Positions 13,210-26,032 of a DNA stretch of 64,000 bases are shown here, in pieces (the stretch's first letter is position 1; each line of letters opens with the position of its first letter). The translations under genes were made by a program, and so were the position numbers. Below the pieces are notes generated by a model that saw only the letters and a list, made by a program, of their open reading frames with translations, was not told the DNA's origin and did not search any database. Origin of the DNA: Octopus vulgaris (Eukaryota); the NCBI GenBank assembly GCA_951406725.2, contig OX597816.1:91760001-91824000 (forward strand). The letters run 5' to 3'.

Positions 13210-13428
13210 TCTTTTACTTGCTTCAGTCATTTGACTGTGGCCATGCTGGAGCACTGCCATTTTTAGTCGAGCAAATCGAACCCAGGACTTATTCTTTGTA
13301 AGCCTAGTACTTATTCTATCAGTCTCTTTTGCCGAACCACTAAGTTACAGGGACATAAACACACCAGCGTCAGTTGTCAAGCGATGTTGGGGGGGGGGAC
13401 AAACACAGACACACAAACATATACACAC

Positions 13429-13480
<52 letters not shown>

Positions 13481-13645
13481 GATGGGCTTCTTTCAGTTTC
13501 TGTCTACCAAATCCACTCACAAGGCTTTGGGCAGCCCAAGGCTAATGTAGAAGACACTTGCCCAAGGTGCTATGCAGTGGGACTGAACCTGAGATCATGT
13601 GGTTTGTAGGCAAGCTACTTACCACACAGCCCCTCCAGTGCCTAT
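13210..13645 (-). mobile_element. SINE family B, full length
   Basis: Minus strand has a tRNA-like head (gctgtgtggtaag...ggttcagtccc), accttgggcaagt CORE-like motif, internal (TA)n(TG)n, and a 3' part ending gcagtcaaatgactgaa-like. Confidence 0.85.
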
Positions 13646-14653
13646 GTATCTATATTATATATGAATGTGTGTATGTGTATAAATGATAGGCTTCTTGCAG
13701 TTTCCTTCAACTGAATCCACTCACAAAGCTTTCGCTGTCCTGAAGACATTGCCAAAGGTGTCACAGTGGGACTGAACCTGAAATCATATACTTCTGAACC
13801 ACATAACTATACCTATTACTTTCCATATGTAATTATGGTTATTCCATTTCATTTACATTGATGTGTTAATGTCTGTTGTTTAGTCACACATCAGCCCAGA
13901 CTAAGCAGACAAATAATCAAAAGTTTTCCAGCTACAACCACCTCATCTTTTATTAAGATGGAATGTATCTAAGAATACATTATCCTATGCCTCCCATTTT
14001 TACAACAGTACAGTTTCATCTAAGAAACATTTGGCTGTTTTTTTTTGTCTTTTTTTTCTGGTAGCTATAGCAACTGTGTAGAAACTTATTCATAGTCTTA
14101 TTATAATTATATTATATTTTATTTGACAATTAATGAGTAGACAATAATACCCTTCACCACTGGTTTCCAATGGGGCAATCACTACTTTATGGCATTTCTC
14201 TAGATAAGAGTGACAAGGGAAGGCCTATAACTCAGATTGAATATATTTTCAATGCTCGCTTCTCTTCACCTTTTGTTGTCATCATCTGAGTATTAATCTC
14301 CTTATATACTGCTTTTAACCCTTTAACTGAGAAATCAAGCCCATAATTATTCCTGTAAGGATATTAAATATCTACCAAAAAACAGAATTGATATTTTTAG
14401 CAAATCATGTCACCTCAGTAAACTCAACATTTCTCTACAAAATATAGTTTCAAACATAACATCCCCCTACGAAGGATAGATTGGTATATAAAACTGCTTT
14501 CTGCAGTTAAGGACAGTGAAATTTCGATTGGATATAGTCAATTTCCGCAGTACAAGGGTTAGATAAAATCTTTGCTTAATTTAAGTGAGATTGAAAGATT
14601 AAGATAGTACTTAATTAAGACATGGGCAGAAGTAGGTAAAAGCTGATCTCAGG

Positions 14654-14711
<58 letters not shown>

Positions 14712-15399
14712 ATGTGTGTGTGTGTGTATATATATGTATGTATGTATGTATGTATACACACACTCATACATATATATATACACACACATGCATGTATGCA
14801 TGTATGTATCAGCATTTTCATTTAATAATTTACATGATGATGTGGGTTTGATGGCTTGAGAGGACACAGCAAGCTGTAGGGCTTTACTGAGCTTCAGTGC
14901 CAGCTTAGCATAATTTCTATGATTAGATGACCTTCCTAACACCAACCACTTTACAATTGCCAAGTAACCTGCAAAACAAGGAAAGAGAACAGGAAAAAAT
15001 TTCCACTAATAGGTGATAAACAGTATTCAAGATGGTGATGTAGGTGTTGGAGTGGAAAGGATGAAGATGTAACGGTGTATAAGGGTGGCTATGGTGAGTG
15101 GAGAGTGATAGCATATATGAGAGGGTGCTGAGGGTGAAAGCAGAAATGTGAAATGTTTGAATGGAATAAAATGGAATGCGGCAGACAAGGGAGATAACTG
15201 AAGATACAGGAAGGTGAACAGTGAAATAGCACTAATGGGGAAAGGTGAATAATGATGGGGGAGGAGAACAGGTGGCGCATAAAAAGAGGGGAGAGTAATA
15301 TGTGGAGTGATGGAGCACTGGGTATTAGGGAAATAAGATTTGAGGAATGTTTGATTGTGCAGAATTGGTTAGAGCATAACCAGAATTCTTTTAGACATC

Positions 15400-15990
15400 A
15401 TTTTTGCTATGATGGATAAGTCTTCTCAAGCACAGAAAATTGCCAATTGTTTCAGTTCTTGTCATCTCCTCTATGAGGCTCAGTATCTTGAGATCAGCCT
15501 GCACTACTTTGTGCTATGTCTTCCTGGGCCATCCTCTTCCACAAATTCTAGCTACTTTAAGTGATGGACTTTTCTTTATGCAGCTGCTCTCAACCATATG
15601 CATCACATGATCAAACCATTGCTGTCATCTCTCTTGCACATATCTGATTCCTCTTATGCTTAATTTTTCTCTCAAACCCTTGGCATTTGTCATACATGCA
15701 CACTAATGTTACACATACTCCCCTCTAGTCTTTGCATGTTCTCTGCATTCATAGTTCATGCATCACTACCATATGGCATTGTTGTGTATACACAAGTGTC
15801 CATACAATCTGCCTTTTGCAGAGAGAGAGATTTTGTAGCCAACAGAGATAATAGCTCCCTGAACTTTCTCCATCCTATTCTTATTCTAGTATCTTCCAAC
15901 CTAATCAAGTCTTCTATATAACAGAAATAATCTACCACTTCTGAGAAAATCTATTTATGTTTCCTTAGTCTTTATGGTTCCGGTGTATCT
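15400..15990 (-). mobile_element. RTE LINE RT C-terminal remnant
   Basis: RIRIGWRKFRELLSLLATKSLSL...MPYGS. Confidence 0.8.
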
Positions 15991-16014
15991 TCTCCATAAA
16001 AATAACTTTTTTTT

Positions 16015-16227
16015 TTACTTGTTTCAGTCATTTGACTGCGGCCATGCTGGAGCACCGCCTTTTAGTTGAGCAAATTGACCCCAGGTCTTATTCTTTTGTA
16101 AGCCTAGTACTTATTCTATCGGTCTCTTTTGCCGAACCGCTAAGTAACGGAGACGTAAACATACCAGCATCGGTTGTCAAGCGATGTTGGGGGGGACAAA
16201 CACAGACACACAAACACACACACACAC

Positions 16228-16266
<39 letters not shown>

Positions 16267-16425
16267 CGACAGGCTTCTTTCAGTTTCCGTCTACCAAATC
16301 CACTCACAAGGCTTTAGTCAGCCCGAGGCTATAGTAGAAGACACTTTCCCAAGGTGCCACACAGTGGGACTGAACCCAGAACCGTGTGGTTGGTAAGCAG
16401 GCCACTTACCACACAGCCACTCTTG
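16015..16425 (-). mobile_element. SINE family B, full length, young copy
   Basis: Close match to the other family B copies, with CpGs retained. Confidence 0.85.
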
Positions 16426-16464
16426 TCCACTGCACAGATTACATCTCCATAGCTTACATTAGGT

Positions 16465-18890
16465 ACATCATCATCATTATTGTTGAATATCCACTTTCCA
16501 TGCTGGTATGTGTTGGATGGTTTGACTGAGGACTGGCAAGCCAGAAGGCTGAATCAGGCTCTAAGTGACCTGGCAACTTTTCTACAGCTGGATGCCCTTC
16601 CTAACACCAACCACTCTGAGAGTGTAGTGGCTGCTTTTTATGTGCCTCTGGCATGGGAGGCAGTCAAGTGGCACTGGCATTGGCCACATTTGAATGGTGC
16701 TTTTTACATTCCATCAGCACAGGAGCCAGTCAGGCAACACTAGCATCGGTCATGCTCAAATGGAGCTTTCTACATGCTACCACCACAGGTGCCAGTCAGG
16801 CAGCACTGCCATCAGCCATGCTTGAATGGTGCTTTTTACATGTCACTGGCACAGGAGCCAGTCAGACAGCAATGGCATCAGCCACACTCTAATGGTACTT
16901 ATGTGCCACCAGCACAAGTGCCAGTGAGGCTGCACTGGCACCGGCCATGACTACGATTTTACTTGGCTCAACAGGTCTTCTCAAGCTCAGCACATTGCCC
17001 GATGATTGAAGGGGCACTTTTAAACAGGCCAGTTATGTGACACTGGCATTGGCCATGGCTACGATTTCACTTGGCTTGCCAGGTCTTCTCAAGCACAGCA
17101 TATCTCTAAAGGTCTTAGTTGTTTGTCATTGCCTCTGTGGGGCCCAGCCTTTGAAGGTCATGCTTCACCACCATGTCCCATGTGTTCCTGGTTCTACCTC
17201 TTCCACAAGTTCCCTCCACTGTTAGGGTGTGACACTTCACACTGCTGACCTCATCCATATGCAACGCATGACCATACCAGCGCAGTATTCTCTCTTACAC
17301 ACCATGTCTGATGCTTCTTATGTCCAATTTTTCTCTCAGGGCGCTTACACTCTGTTGTGTATACACACTTACAGTGCACATCGAGCGGAACATACTAGCT
17401 TCATTTCTTTCAAGCCTATGCATATCCTCAGCAGTTACAGCCCATGTTTCACTGCCATGTAGCATGGCTGTTTGCACACATGCATCATACAGTCTACCTT
17501 TCTCTCTGAGTGAGAGACCCTTTGTTACAAACAGAGGTAGGAGCTCTCTAAACTTTGCAGCTACACTATCAGTGCACCCTCCCCTGCTATTGACTTGGTC
17601 ACCTAGGTAATGGAAGCTATCAACTACTTCTAGTTTTTCTCCCTGGAATGTGGTGGAAGTTGTTCTCTGCATGTTTTCAGTGTTTATTGCTCCTGGGCAT
17701 CTGCCACATACAAAAACTATCTTCCCAGTTAGCCTTCCTTTGATATTGCTGCACCTCTTATGTGTCCAATGGCTTACTTTTAACTAGATACTTCTCATGC
17801 TATTGTCTTACTAAGAAAATGGCATTAATTGTACTTTTCTCTGGCACAAAACCAAACTGCACCTTATCTGGATTAATTTTGCTCATAATTAATTGGGTTA
17901 TAAAATTCTTCATTGCTTTCATGACCTGGTTCAGCAGTATGGTACCTTTGTAATTGTTTCTACTTAAGGCATTTCCTTTTACTCTCTCATAACAGTTGAT
18001 AACAATGCTGCTACATCAATCATTGTGTATGACACTGTTCTATATAATTTGATTAACTGTTCAAGTGACAAGGCCATAACCTATTCTGCCAAATATTTTA
18101 AGCATCTCAGCTGTAATTCCTGATGGACCAAGAGCTTTTCCTGTTTCCATATTCTTACTTGTCTTATCTATCACACTGCTATCAACTCAGCTTGTCCCTC
18201 TGTTGGATCCATATTAGGAAGACCCATTTTCTCTCAGTCATCCTCTACATTTAAAAGTGTTTTACTGCTGGGCAGAAGTTGCCACATGTATCCTTCCGCA
18301 GCCAGCTCCAAATGGATGAAATGAACATAGCACAACTGTGCTTTGCCACCATGAAAAAATAGTGCTTTCATGTCTCACTACAAGGCTGTGTCATTGATCA
18401 ACTGGAACCCTTGTCATTTTAACCAATGGAGTGCCATTTTTTATCTATCTGCTATAATTCTCTACTGCCCCCATTCTTCCAATCTTTCCATGTTGCTCTC
18501 TTTTCTGTTATAGCTTTGTTTACAACACTGTCCCACCATCATGTCACCCTTAGTCTGACTGGGATTTTGCATGAGCCACAGATTTGGTCAGTTGCTCTCA
18601 GTAGGTTGTCCTGTAGAAATTTCCAGTGTCTTTTATGCAATGCATTTCTATCTCCATCTCCTTTTCATCCAAATCTTCAGTTAGAATGTCTCTAATTTTC
18701 TTACTATTCACTGGGTCATTCAATTTCCATTTTCTTCTTTCCTAGATTGGCCTGTTTCTCAAAGTCCTAGCCCTAAGTTTAAAGTTGCTAACCACTAACT
18801 TACGTTGAGTAGTAAATTCTTTGCCTTAAGACTGATGTTTAAAGACTTTGCGTCTTTATCCTATTTTCTGGTGATGATGTAGTCAAATTC
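16465..18890 (-). mobile_element. RTE-clade LINE, internally deleted pseudogene with complete 3' UTR
   Basis: EKLEVVDSFHYLGDQ...KFRELLPLFVTKGLSLREKGRLYDACVQTAMLHGSETW, further decayed RT/EN sequence upstream, then a repeat-bearing 3' UTR and (GAT)n tail at 16465. Confidence 0.9.
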
Positions 18891-18901
18891 TTATAGTGGG
18901 T

Positions 18902-19395
18902 CGTTTCTAGTTTTAATTTATTTGAACTCTTACTATAATGAAGGAGCTGGTTTCTAACAAAGATATAAAATTCCATCATTCGAATGTCGAGAACAGAAAA
19001 AAATTCCTATTTTAAACTTGAGAAAAGTTTTGCATATTTTTACTATTCCACTTCACTTACACACTGCATTTGTAATAAGCAAATTTGCTTGTTGATTTCT
19101 TCTTCTGAAAACCCTAGCTTATCCAGATTGCCATTTAGGCATTTACTCGCAAAACCAAGTGCTCCAGTTATAGTTGATATAAATCTGATTTTATAATCTG
19201 GGTATGAAAGCTTGAGATTTTGAAGCAGCTATCAATAGTTATCCTCTTTCTCTCTGATTTTTGAAAAGATATTCCGATCAGCAGGGCAGCTGACTTCTAT
19301 GACAGTACATACTTTTTCTCTTATGTCTCAAGCAACAATATCTGGCCTGTTATGTTTACACTTGATAGAAATTTGATGGGACTGTATTCAATGGT
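18902..19395 (-). mobile_element. R4/Dong-like LINE fragment with restriction-like endonuclease
   Basis: Minus frame KCKHNRPDIVA*DIREKVCTVIEVSCPAD...ITGALGFASKCLNGNLDKLGFS, a PD-(D/E)-type RLE motif. 3' UTR matches 6460-6540. Confidence 0.8.
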
Positions 19396-19409
19396 TCTAG
19401 GAACATTTG

Positions 19410-19890
19410 TCAAAAACATTGTTGCTGCAGGAAACCTCACCGTAGGAAACTTTACTGTGTAGAACATTTTGCTGTAAGATAATTTTGAACATATGACAGG
19501 TAACCTGATTTAGAGTAATTGCAGATCTGAAAAAAATTGCTTTCTATATATATATATATATGTTTTTTTTTTATAATTTTGTTTTAGATTTGACTACTTT
19601 TTGTTTTCTTTTTGTTCTTTATAAATGTTATCATATTTATATTGTATTATTTTTTATTTAAGCAGAATTTTTTTTTGAAAATATTATCGTCTTCTAGATT
19701 GCATTATTTTGGCCACCCCACCCACCTGTAGCTTTGTCATAATATAATCGATAGGGTGGTTGAAACAATTATATACCAAGGAAGCAATTCATTTTTTTTG
19801 GTGAAACTATCTTGCAACAAAATTTCCTATGCAGCAAACTTTCCAACAGCTGAAAATCCTAAGGTGAATTTTCCTGCAGTAAACTTTTCG
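19410..19890. mobile_element. Old MITE with long, internally repetitive inverted termini
   Basis: ctgcaggaaacctcaccgtagga...ttttgctgtaagata at left matches the reverse complement of tatcttgcaacaaaa...tcctaaggtgaattttcctgcag at right. Confidence 0.55.
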
Positions 19891-20394
19891 AATATAGTAC
19901 TCAATAACAGTGGGGTTCTGAATGTTTATTCCAGGAGTGTTTTTTTTTTCAGATGGCATTGTGTATTGCTTTAACAACAGCCTTGTGCTGTATAGAGAGG
20001 TAGTACCTTCATGCTATTTTTGGACAGCAGCTGACCACATGTGTGATGTCTTCCACAAAAATGTAACATAATCCACATTTTCAGTTGCCTCTTGGAGCTC
20101 CAAGGGCATCATTTTTCTTTTGTTTATTAGACACTTTGCAGTAATCACTTGTTCTTGGATTATAGCCTTTGAAATGTGATGTGGTGTAGTGGTCACAAAT
20201 TCAAGAGAAGCTGCACTTCATATCAATATTACTGTCTTCTTCAAGTCTTTGGAAAAAATACCCATGCATAGCCTTTTTTGGTATGCTAAGGGTTTCACAT
20301 CTATACTATGCATATACATAGGTTTATACATATACATATATGTTTACATATAATAATAATAACTATTAGGAATATATACATATATAAATCGAAA

Positions 20395-20880
20395 CTGAAC
20401 CAAATTCGATGACTGGCACCCATGCCAGTGGAGTGCTAACAGCTCCATCAGATATCCAAGTGGGATCACTGCCAGAGCAGATGTCTGGCTTCCGTGCTGT
20501 GGCATGTATAAAGCACCATTTGAACGTGATCGTTACTAGTGTCGCCTTACTGGCACTTGTGCCAGTGGCACGTGAACAAAACATTCGAGCGAGGTCGTTG
20601 CCAGTACCACCGGACTGACTCCTGTGCAGGTGGCATGTAAAAAACACTATTTGAGTGTGGCCGTTGCCAATACCGCCAGACTGGCCCTCGTGCTGGTGGC
20701 ACGTAAAAGTGCCCACTACACTCTCAGAGTGGCTGGCGTTAGGAAGGGAATCCAGCTGTAGAAACTCTGCCAGATCAGATTGGAGCCTGGAGCAGCCATC
20801 TGGTTTGCCAGTCCTCAGTCAAATCGTCCAACCCATGCTAGTATGGAAAGCAGACGTTAAACGACGATAATGATGATGAC
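20395..20880 (+). mobile_element. RTE LINE 3' end
   Basis: Multiple ggtggcacgtaaaa units and a (GAT)n tail. Confidence 0.85.
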
Positions 20881-21290
20881 ATATATTTCAATATCTCAAT
20901 TAAACATAGCAATACTAATTGCCTAGTGTTAGAGCTCAATGTACATATGTTTCAGAGGAAAGTGTTAGTTGAGTATAGAGCATAATAAGAAATTTTATGT
21001 ATGACAAAGGAACAAGAAATTCTGCAATGAATTTCATTAGCATACAGCTGTTTCTGCTATAAGATTTCATACACTCTTAGATGAGTATATTTATATATAT
21101 GTATATATATATATATATGAAGGGATAGTGTCATCCAAGGAAATACTGGTTCAATACCTAATATTTTGGGGGAATTGATTTCCTTAAAATAATAGGTATA
21201 AAACCATATAGTTTATATTCATATAAAATAAGAAAAAAAATGGAGATTGGGAAGTTAATAATTGTTTATTAACAACAACAAATCAATCAT

Positions 21291-21375
21291 CCTCCCTTAC
21301 AGCTGTTTCAATTAATACTCTGTAAATTAATTAAATATTAAATTCATATGCCCTGAGCATAATATCTTCAGAGGA
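21291..21375 (-). ncRNA. Hammerhead-like motif with long stem II insert (probably degenerate)
   Basis: Minus strand: cct CTGAAGA ...about 55 nt... GAAAC agct GTA agg. Confidence 0.45.
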
Positions 21376-21404
21376 AAAAAATATACCCTTCGATATTTTA
21401 TATA

Positions 21405-21464
21405 TGTGTTTATGGATTCATTATAGCAGACTATAGAGTCTGCTATAATGAATCCATAAACACA
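21405..21464. repeat. Perfect 28-bp-arm hairpin
   Basis: tgtgtttatggattcattatagcagact-atag-agtctgctataatgaatccataaacaca. Confidence 0.9.
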
Positions 21465-21519
21465 CTCTAAAAGGTTAGTTTTGACTTACTCGGTTGTTTC
21501 ATGAGTTAATATATCCAAA

Positions 21520-22553
21520 TGATTCTGTAAACTATGGAACAAATGGTAATCAGAAGGAGCAAGGTCTGGGAAATAATGTGGTTGAATAATTTTCTCCCAG
21601 CCAAGTTCTTTAATCTTCAGTGATGTTATCTTTGAAGTGTGGGGGTCTTGCTTTGTCCTGATGAAACAACACTCCCTCTTGGTTCACTAAGTTGGGACTT
21701 TTTTTCTTCAAAGCAGCATGCAAACACTCTAATTGCTGACAGTAGATTTGAACATTGATTGTTGCATTAGTTGGTGGCAACTCAAAGTGGATGCCTCCTT
21801 TGGAATCCCACCAAAGAGAGAGAAGAGCCTTCTTCACATGGAGTTCCCATTCTGGTTGTGGTTGGGCCCTTTTCCCCTCATCAAGCTAATGTCTAGGACT
21901 CTTAACATTTTGGTAGTGGACCCATTTTTCATCACCAGTCACCTTTCTGTCCCACAAGAATGAAGAGAAGAGCCGAAGTTCACTTGGTATTTGCGGTTGG
22001 CTTAAGACACTTCATGAGGCCCCCGTTTGCGAGTTTGGGGCCTTCGCAAGCTCTTGAAGAAAGTGGTGAACAGTTGTATGACATGAACGAAGTTTGCTTG
22101 CCAATTATTCAACTGAAACTGTGTGATCTTTTTCAAGTTCTCCCAAAATGAGCTAGTCATCAAACTCAATTGGACGTTCTGTTCTAGCCTCATCTTTAAG
22201 CCTGAAATTTCCAAATCTGAATTTTACAAAACATCTTCTGCAAGTTCTTTTATTTACGCACTCTTGTCCATAAGCTGGGTGAATATTTTGAGTCGTTTCA
22301 GTTGCAGAGTTCCCTTTTGTAAACTCATAATGTATTATATGCCTCAAATGCTCCTTAGACTATTCCATGTTTAAAGAGCTCTGATTAATGAAATTTCAAT
22401 TAGATTATCCTGCAAAATGAAATTTAATTAGTTGAAATATGTTCAAATACATATAAATGATACTTGTTGTCATTAGACATTCTAAAATACTGTTAAACCG
22501 TTTAGAATTTGACAATAAACAAGTCCGGACATTACTTATGGGATGACCTGATA
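21520..22553 (-). mobile_element. Decayed mariner transposon
   Basis: RHIIHYEFTKGNSATET HTH, LLSLWWDSKG, FHQDKARP and PDLAPSDYHLF motifs. Left TIR TA-tcaggtcatcccataagtaatgtcc on the minus strand. Confidence 0.9.
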
Positions 22554-22602
22554 TATATGTTCACAACAAAGGCAGTATTAATACTAAGAGATAATATTTA
22601 TG

Positions 22603-22694
22603 CCCACTTAAATGTGGATGTTCTGTTAGAACAGACTAACATGGTATCTACCACAGTATAGTTTATTCTAACAGAATATCCATGTTTAAGTGGG
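22603..22694. repeat. Imperfect hairpin (about 36-bp arms)
   Basis: cccacttaaatgtggatgttctgttagaacagacta pairs with tagtttattctaacagaatatccatgtttaagtggg. Confidence 0.8.
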
Positions 22695-23549
22695 GATGCC
22701 AGCATGGAAAATGGACATTAAATGATGATGATGATGACATACAACAAACTTCCTCATAGCTTCTCTCTGACAAATTCCGTCAGCCTTCCCTCTAACAAAT
22801 TCTGTCAATCTGATGCTATAATAGAAGACATTTGCCCTACAAGTGCCATAGGGCTGAACTTAAAACAGACCCATGTGGTTGTGAGTAAACTTCTTAACTA
22901 CATATCCATATTGCTATTTTCTTTTGGAAGTACTTCAAAGTCAGACCTATGAATGTTCATCCTTCCAAATTTATGACGAAATAAAATAAACCTATTCGTC
23001 AGCATAAGATCTTTTTAATAAGAGGGGAGTGTGCATTAAAGTAGCAATAGCCATTTTAAAAGTACAGATTTCCTCTAATGTCTATTTTATTTGAAGTTAT
23101 GTTCTTAAATGATGAATTTTGAAGTATTTTGCTTCTGTTATAAAATAATATGAATTTTCCATAATAATTATCTTAGCCAATATTAGTGAAATGTTTTTGA
23201 TAAAACAAAATGATAACAATTATAATAATAATTTTTAATTTGACTCAGTTTCTTTGACCATTGCAAAGAGAAAATTTTTTGTAATGACTTGTTGCTAAGA
23301 AACAATGCTATGTCATGAGAAAAGGTCAACAGGTCAGATCATTCTCAAGTGGATGCACATTAAAAACTAGTAGTCATTCGTTTGAGAGGAAAACTGATAC
23401 TAGAAACATGGCTGTTTTCTTGATGAGATAGTTTAAAATTCTCACAGTTTAATAGAGAATTGATTGGATTTCACAATTTCAAATATGAGTTTTAAAAGAT
23501 AGGATGTAAAATAAAGTGAAATAACAGTAAAACATTGAAATATGTATAA

Positions 23550-24975
23550 ATCATCATCATCATCATCACCATCACCATCACCATCATCATCATCATTTAA
23601 TGTCTGTTTTCCATGCTGGAAACTGGTAAGCTGAGGAGCTGCACCAGGTTCCAATCTGATTTGGCATGGTTTCTACAGATGATGCCCTTCCTAATGCCAA
23701 CCACTCCAAGAGGGTATCAGGTGCTTTTTACATGCCAGATACTAAATACCAGCATCAGACATGACTACAATCTCACTTGGCTTGACAGGTCTTCTCAAGC
23801 ACGGTATATTGTCAAAGGTCTCAGTTACTTGTCACTGCCTCCGTGAGTCCCAAAGTTTGAAGGGTACTTTTTATGTGCTGCTGGCTTGGATGCCAGTTTT
23901 GCAACACTAGCATCGACCATGACTACAATTTCACATGGCTTGACAGGTCTTCTCAAGCACAGCATATTACAAAAGATCTCAGTCACTTGTCATTGTCTCC
24001 GTGAGGCCAAATATTCAAAGATCATGCTTCACCACCTTGTCCCATATCTTTCTGGATCTACCTCTTCCATAGGTTCCCTCCATTGTTAGAGATCAGCTCT
24101 CCTTCACGCAGCTGTCCTTGTCCATATGCATCACATAACCATACCAGCACAGTCAACTCTCTTCTACACCACATCTGATGCCACCTGTGCCCAACTTTTC
24201 TCTCAAGATGCTTACACTCTATCATGCATGTGCACTGACATTGCACATCCAGTGAAGCACACTGGTTTCATTTCTTTCAAGCCTTCATATGTGTCCTTGG
24301 CAGTCACAGCCCAGGTTTCACTGCTGTGTAGCATGGCTGTTTGCACACAGGTATCATACAATCTGTCTTTTACTCTCAGGGAGAGGCCCTTTGTTACCAA
24401 CAGAGGTAGGAGCTCTCTGAACTTTGCTCAGCCTATTCTTATTCTAGCAGCTACACTCTCAGAGCATCCACTTCTGCTACTGACTCGGTCACCTAGGTAA
24501 CAGAAGCTGTCAACTATTTCTAGTTTTCCCCATTGGCATTTGATGGAGTCTATTTTCTATATATTTTTAGTGATTATTGTACCTGTGCACCTTTTAGACA
24601 CAAAAACTATTTTCCCTGTTTCTTCTGATATTGCTGTACCTCTTATGTATCCATAGCTTACACATCTTATGAAGTTTCTGTCTATGCCATTTCTACAGAT
24701 TGAGCAGGGCCATCTACTTGAAGGGATTTGTGATTTGTATGCTCTCTTACTTACTAAGACTTTGATTTTTGCTAGATTAACTCTAAGGCCCTTTGATTCT
24801 AGACCATGTTTCCATGCCTGGAATTTCCTCATTAGTTCTGGTAGTTATTCAGCTATAAGAACAAAGTCATCAGTAAAGAAGATCTCTCAGGGGCATTCTG
24901 TCTTAAATTCCTCTATTATTGCCTGGAGGACTATGATGAACAAGAGGACTGATCCTTGGTGAACTCCTACTTGTA
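23550..24975 (-). mobile_element. 5'-truncated RTE LINE
   Basis: RT remnants (KFQAWKHGLESKGLRVNLAKIKVLV, WPCSICRNG, TAMLHSSETW) plus 3' UTR and (GAT)n tail. Confidence 0.9.
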
Positions 24976-24984
24976 CCCTTTAAA

Positions 24985-25190
24985 ATTTTGGCACAAGACT
25001 AGCGGTTTTGGTGGAGGGATCATGTTGATTAAATTGGCCCCAGTGCTCAACTGGTATTTATTTTATTAACCCTGAAAGGATAAAAGGCAAAGTTAACTTT
25101 GTCAGAATTTGAACTCAGAATGTAAAGATGTATGAAATGCCACTATGCATTTCACCTGGCTTGCTAACAAGTCTACCAGTTCACTGCTGT
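24985..25190 (-). mobile_element. SINE family A
   Basis: Homologous to 105-305. Confidence 0.8.
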
Positions 25191-26032
25191 ACATTAAAAT
25201 ATGAATAACATAGAATAGTGTACAACTTTAGTCTTAATGAGAAATTTGAGAAATTCTTATGAGCAATAGATTATTGATAGATGAATTAATAAAAGGCCAA
25301 GTCTGATTTATTGTACATAGTTTGCTATGTCACAATTTTTGATTTAATATGTGCCTATAAGAATTTAGACTCTCATTCCTGCAGTCTAAATAGTTGTGGA
25401 GTGATATGATGAGCCAAAATAGAAATAGATATTCATGATACCTGTAGTTATCTTGTAGTAGAGATCATGGAAAAATTGGGTATTCTCTAGCAATTGATCT
25501 TAAAAGATTGACCTTAGTTTGAAATGCTTGTAAATTATGAGATAATTATTTATAGATGCTACACTTTCACAAGATATTTTTAGAATATTCTCATATCAAC
25601 ATATTGAAAATACCTAAGTATTCCCCTGGCTAAAGATGATATTTCTGGACAGAATAGAAGGAAGCCGTATTCAGTTTATTTTAATATGGTAGGGTTAGTG
25701 AATTATATTATCATTAACTTGTGAATAAAATATTAGAGAATGTTGTCGGCTAGTTCTAGTTAGTGCAGTCAAAATTGATTTTTAGTTGGAAGATTAAAAA
25801 AAAAAAATGAATACTTAAAAATTATTCTCAAATTTTCAGTGCCAGATATGGTCTGTTGGGATTTATTTTCCCAATACTTTCAGAATGCAAAGCTGAACCA
25901 TTTCAACAGAATTCAGTCCTAAAAATTTCAGCTTTAGAAACTTCATTTACTATTCAGCTTAGTAAGTTAGCTCTGAGCCTTACTTTTTATGAATTTGTAT
26001 ATTAGTAATCTTTTTGAGAATAGAAAATAAAT

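Noticed and set aside
20450-20720. Repeat-spacer pattern resembling a CRISPR array
   Set aside because: Spacers are related to each other and recur in every RTE 3' UTR. The context is eukaryotic and no cas genes are present.
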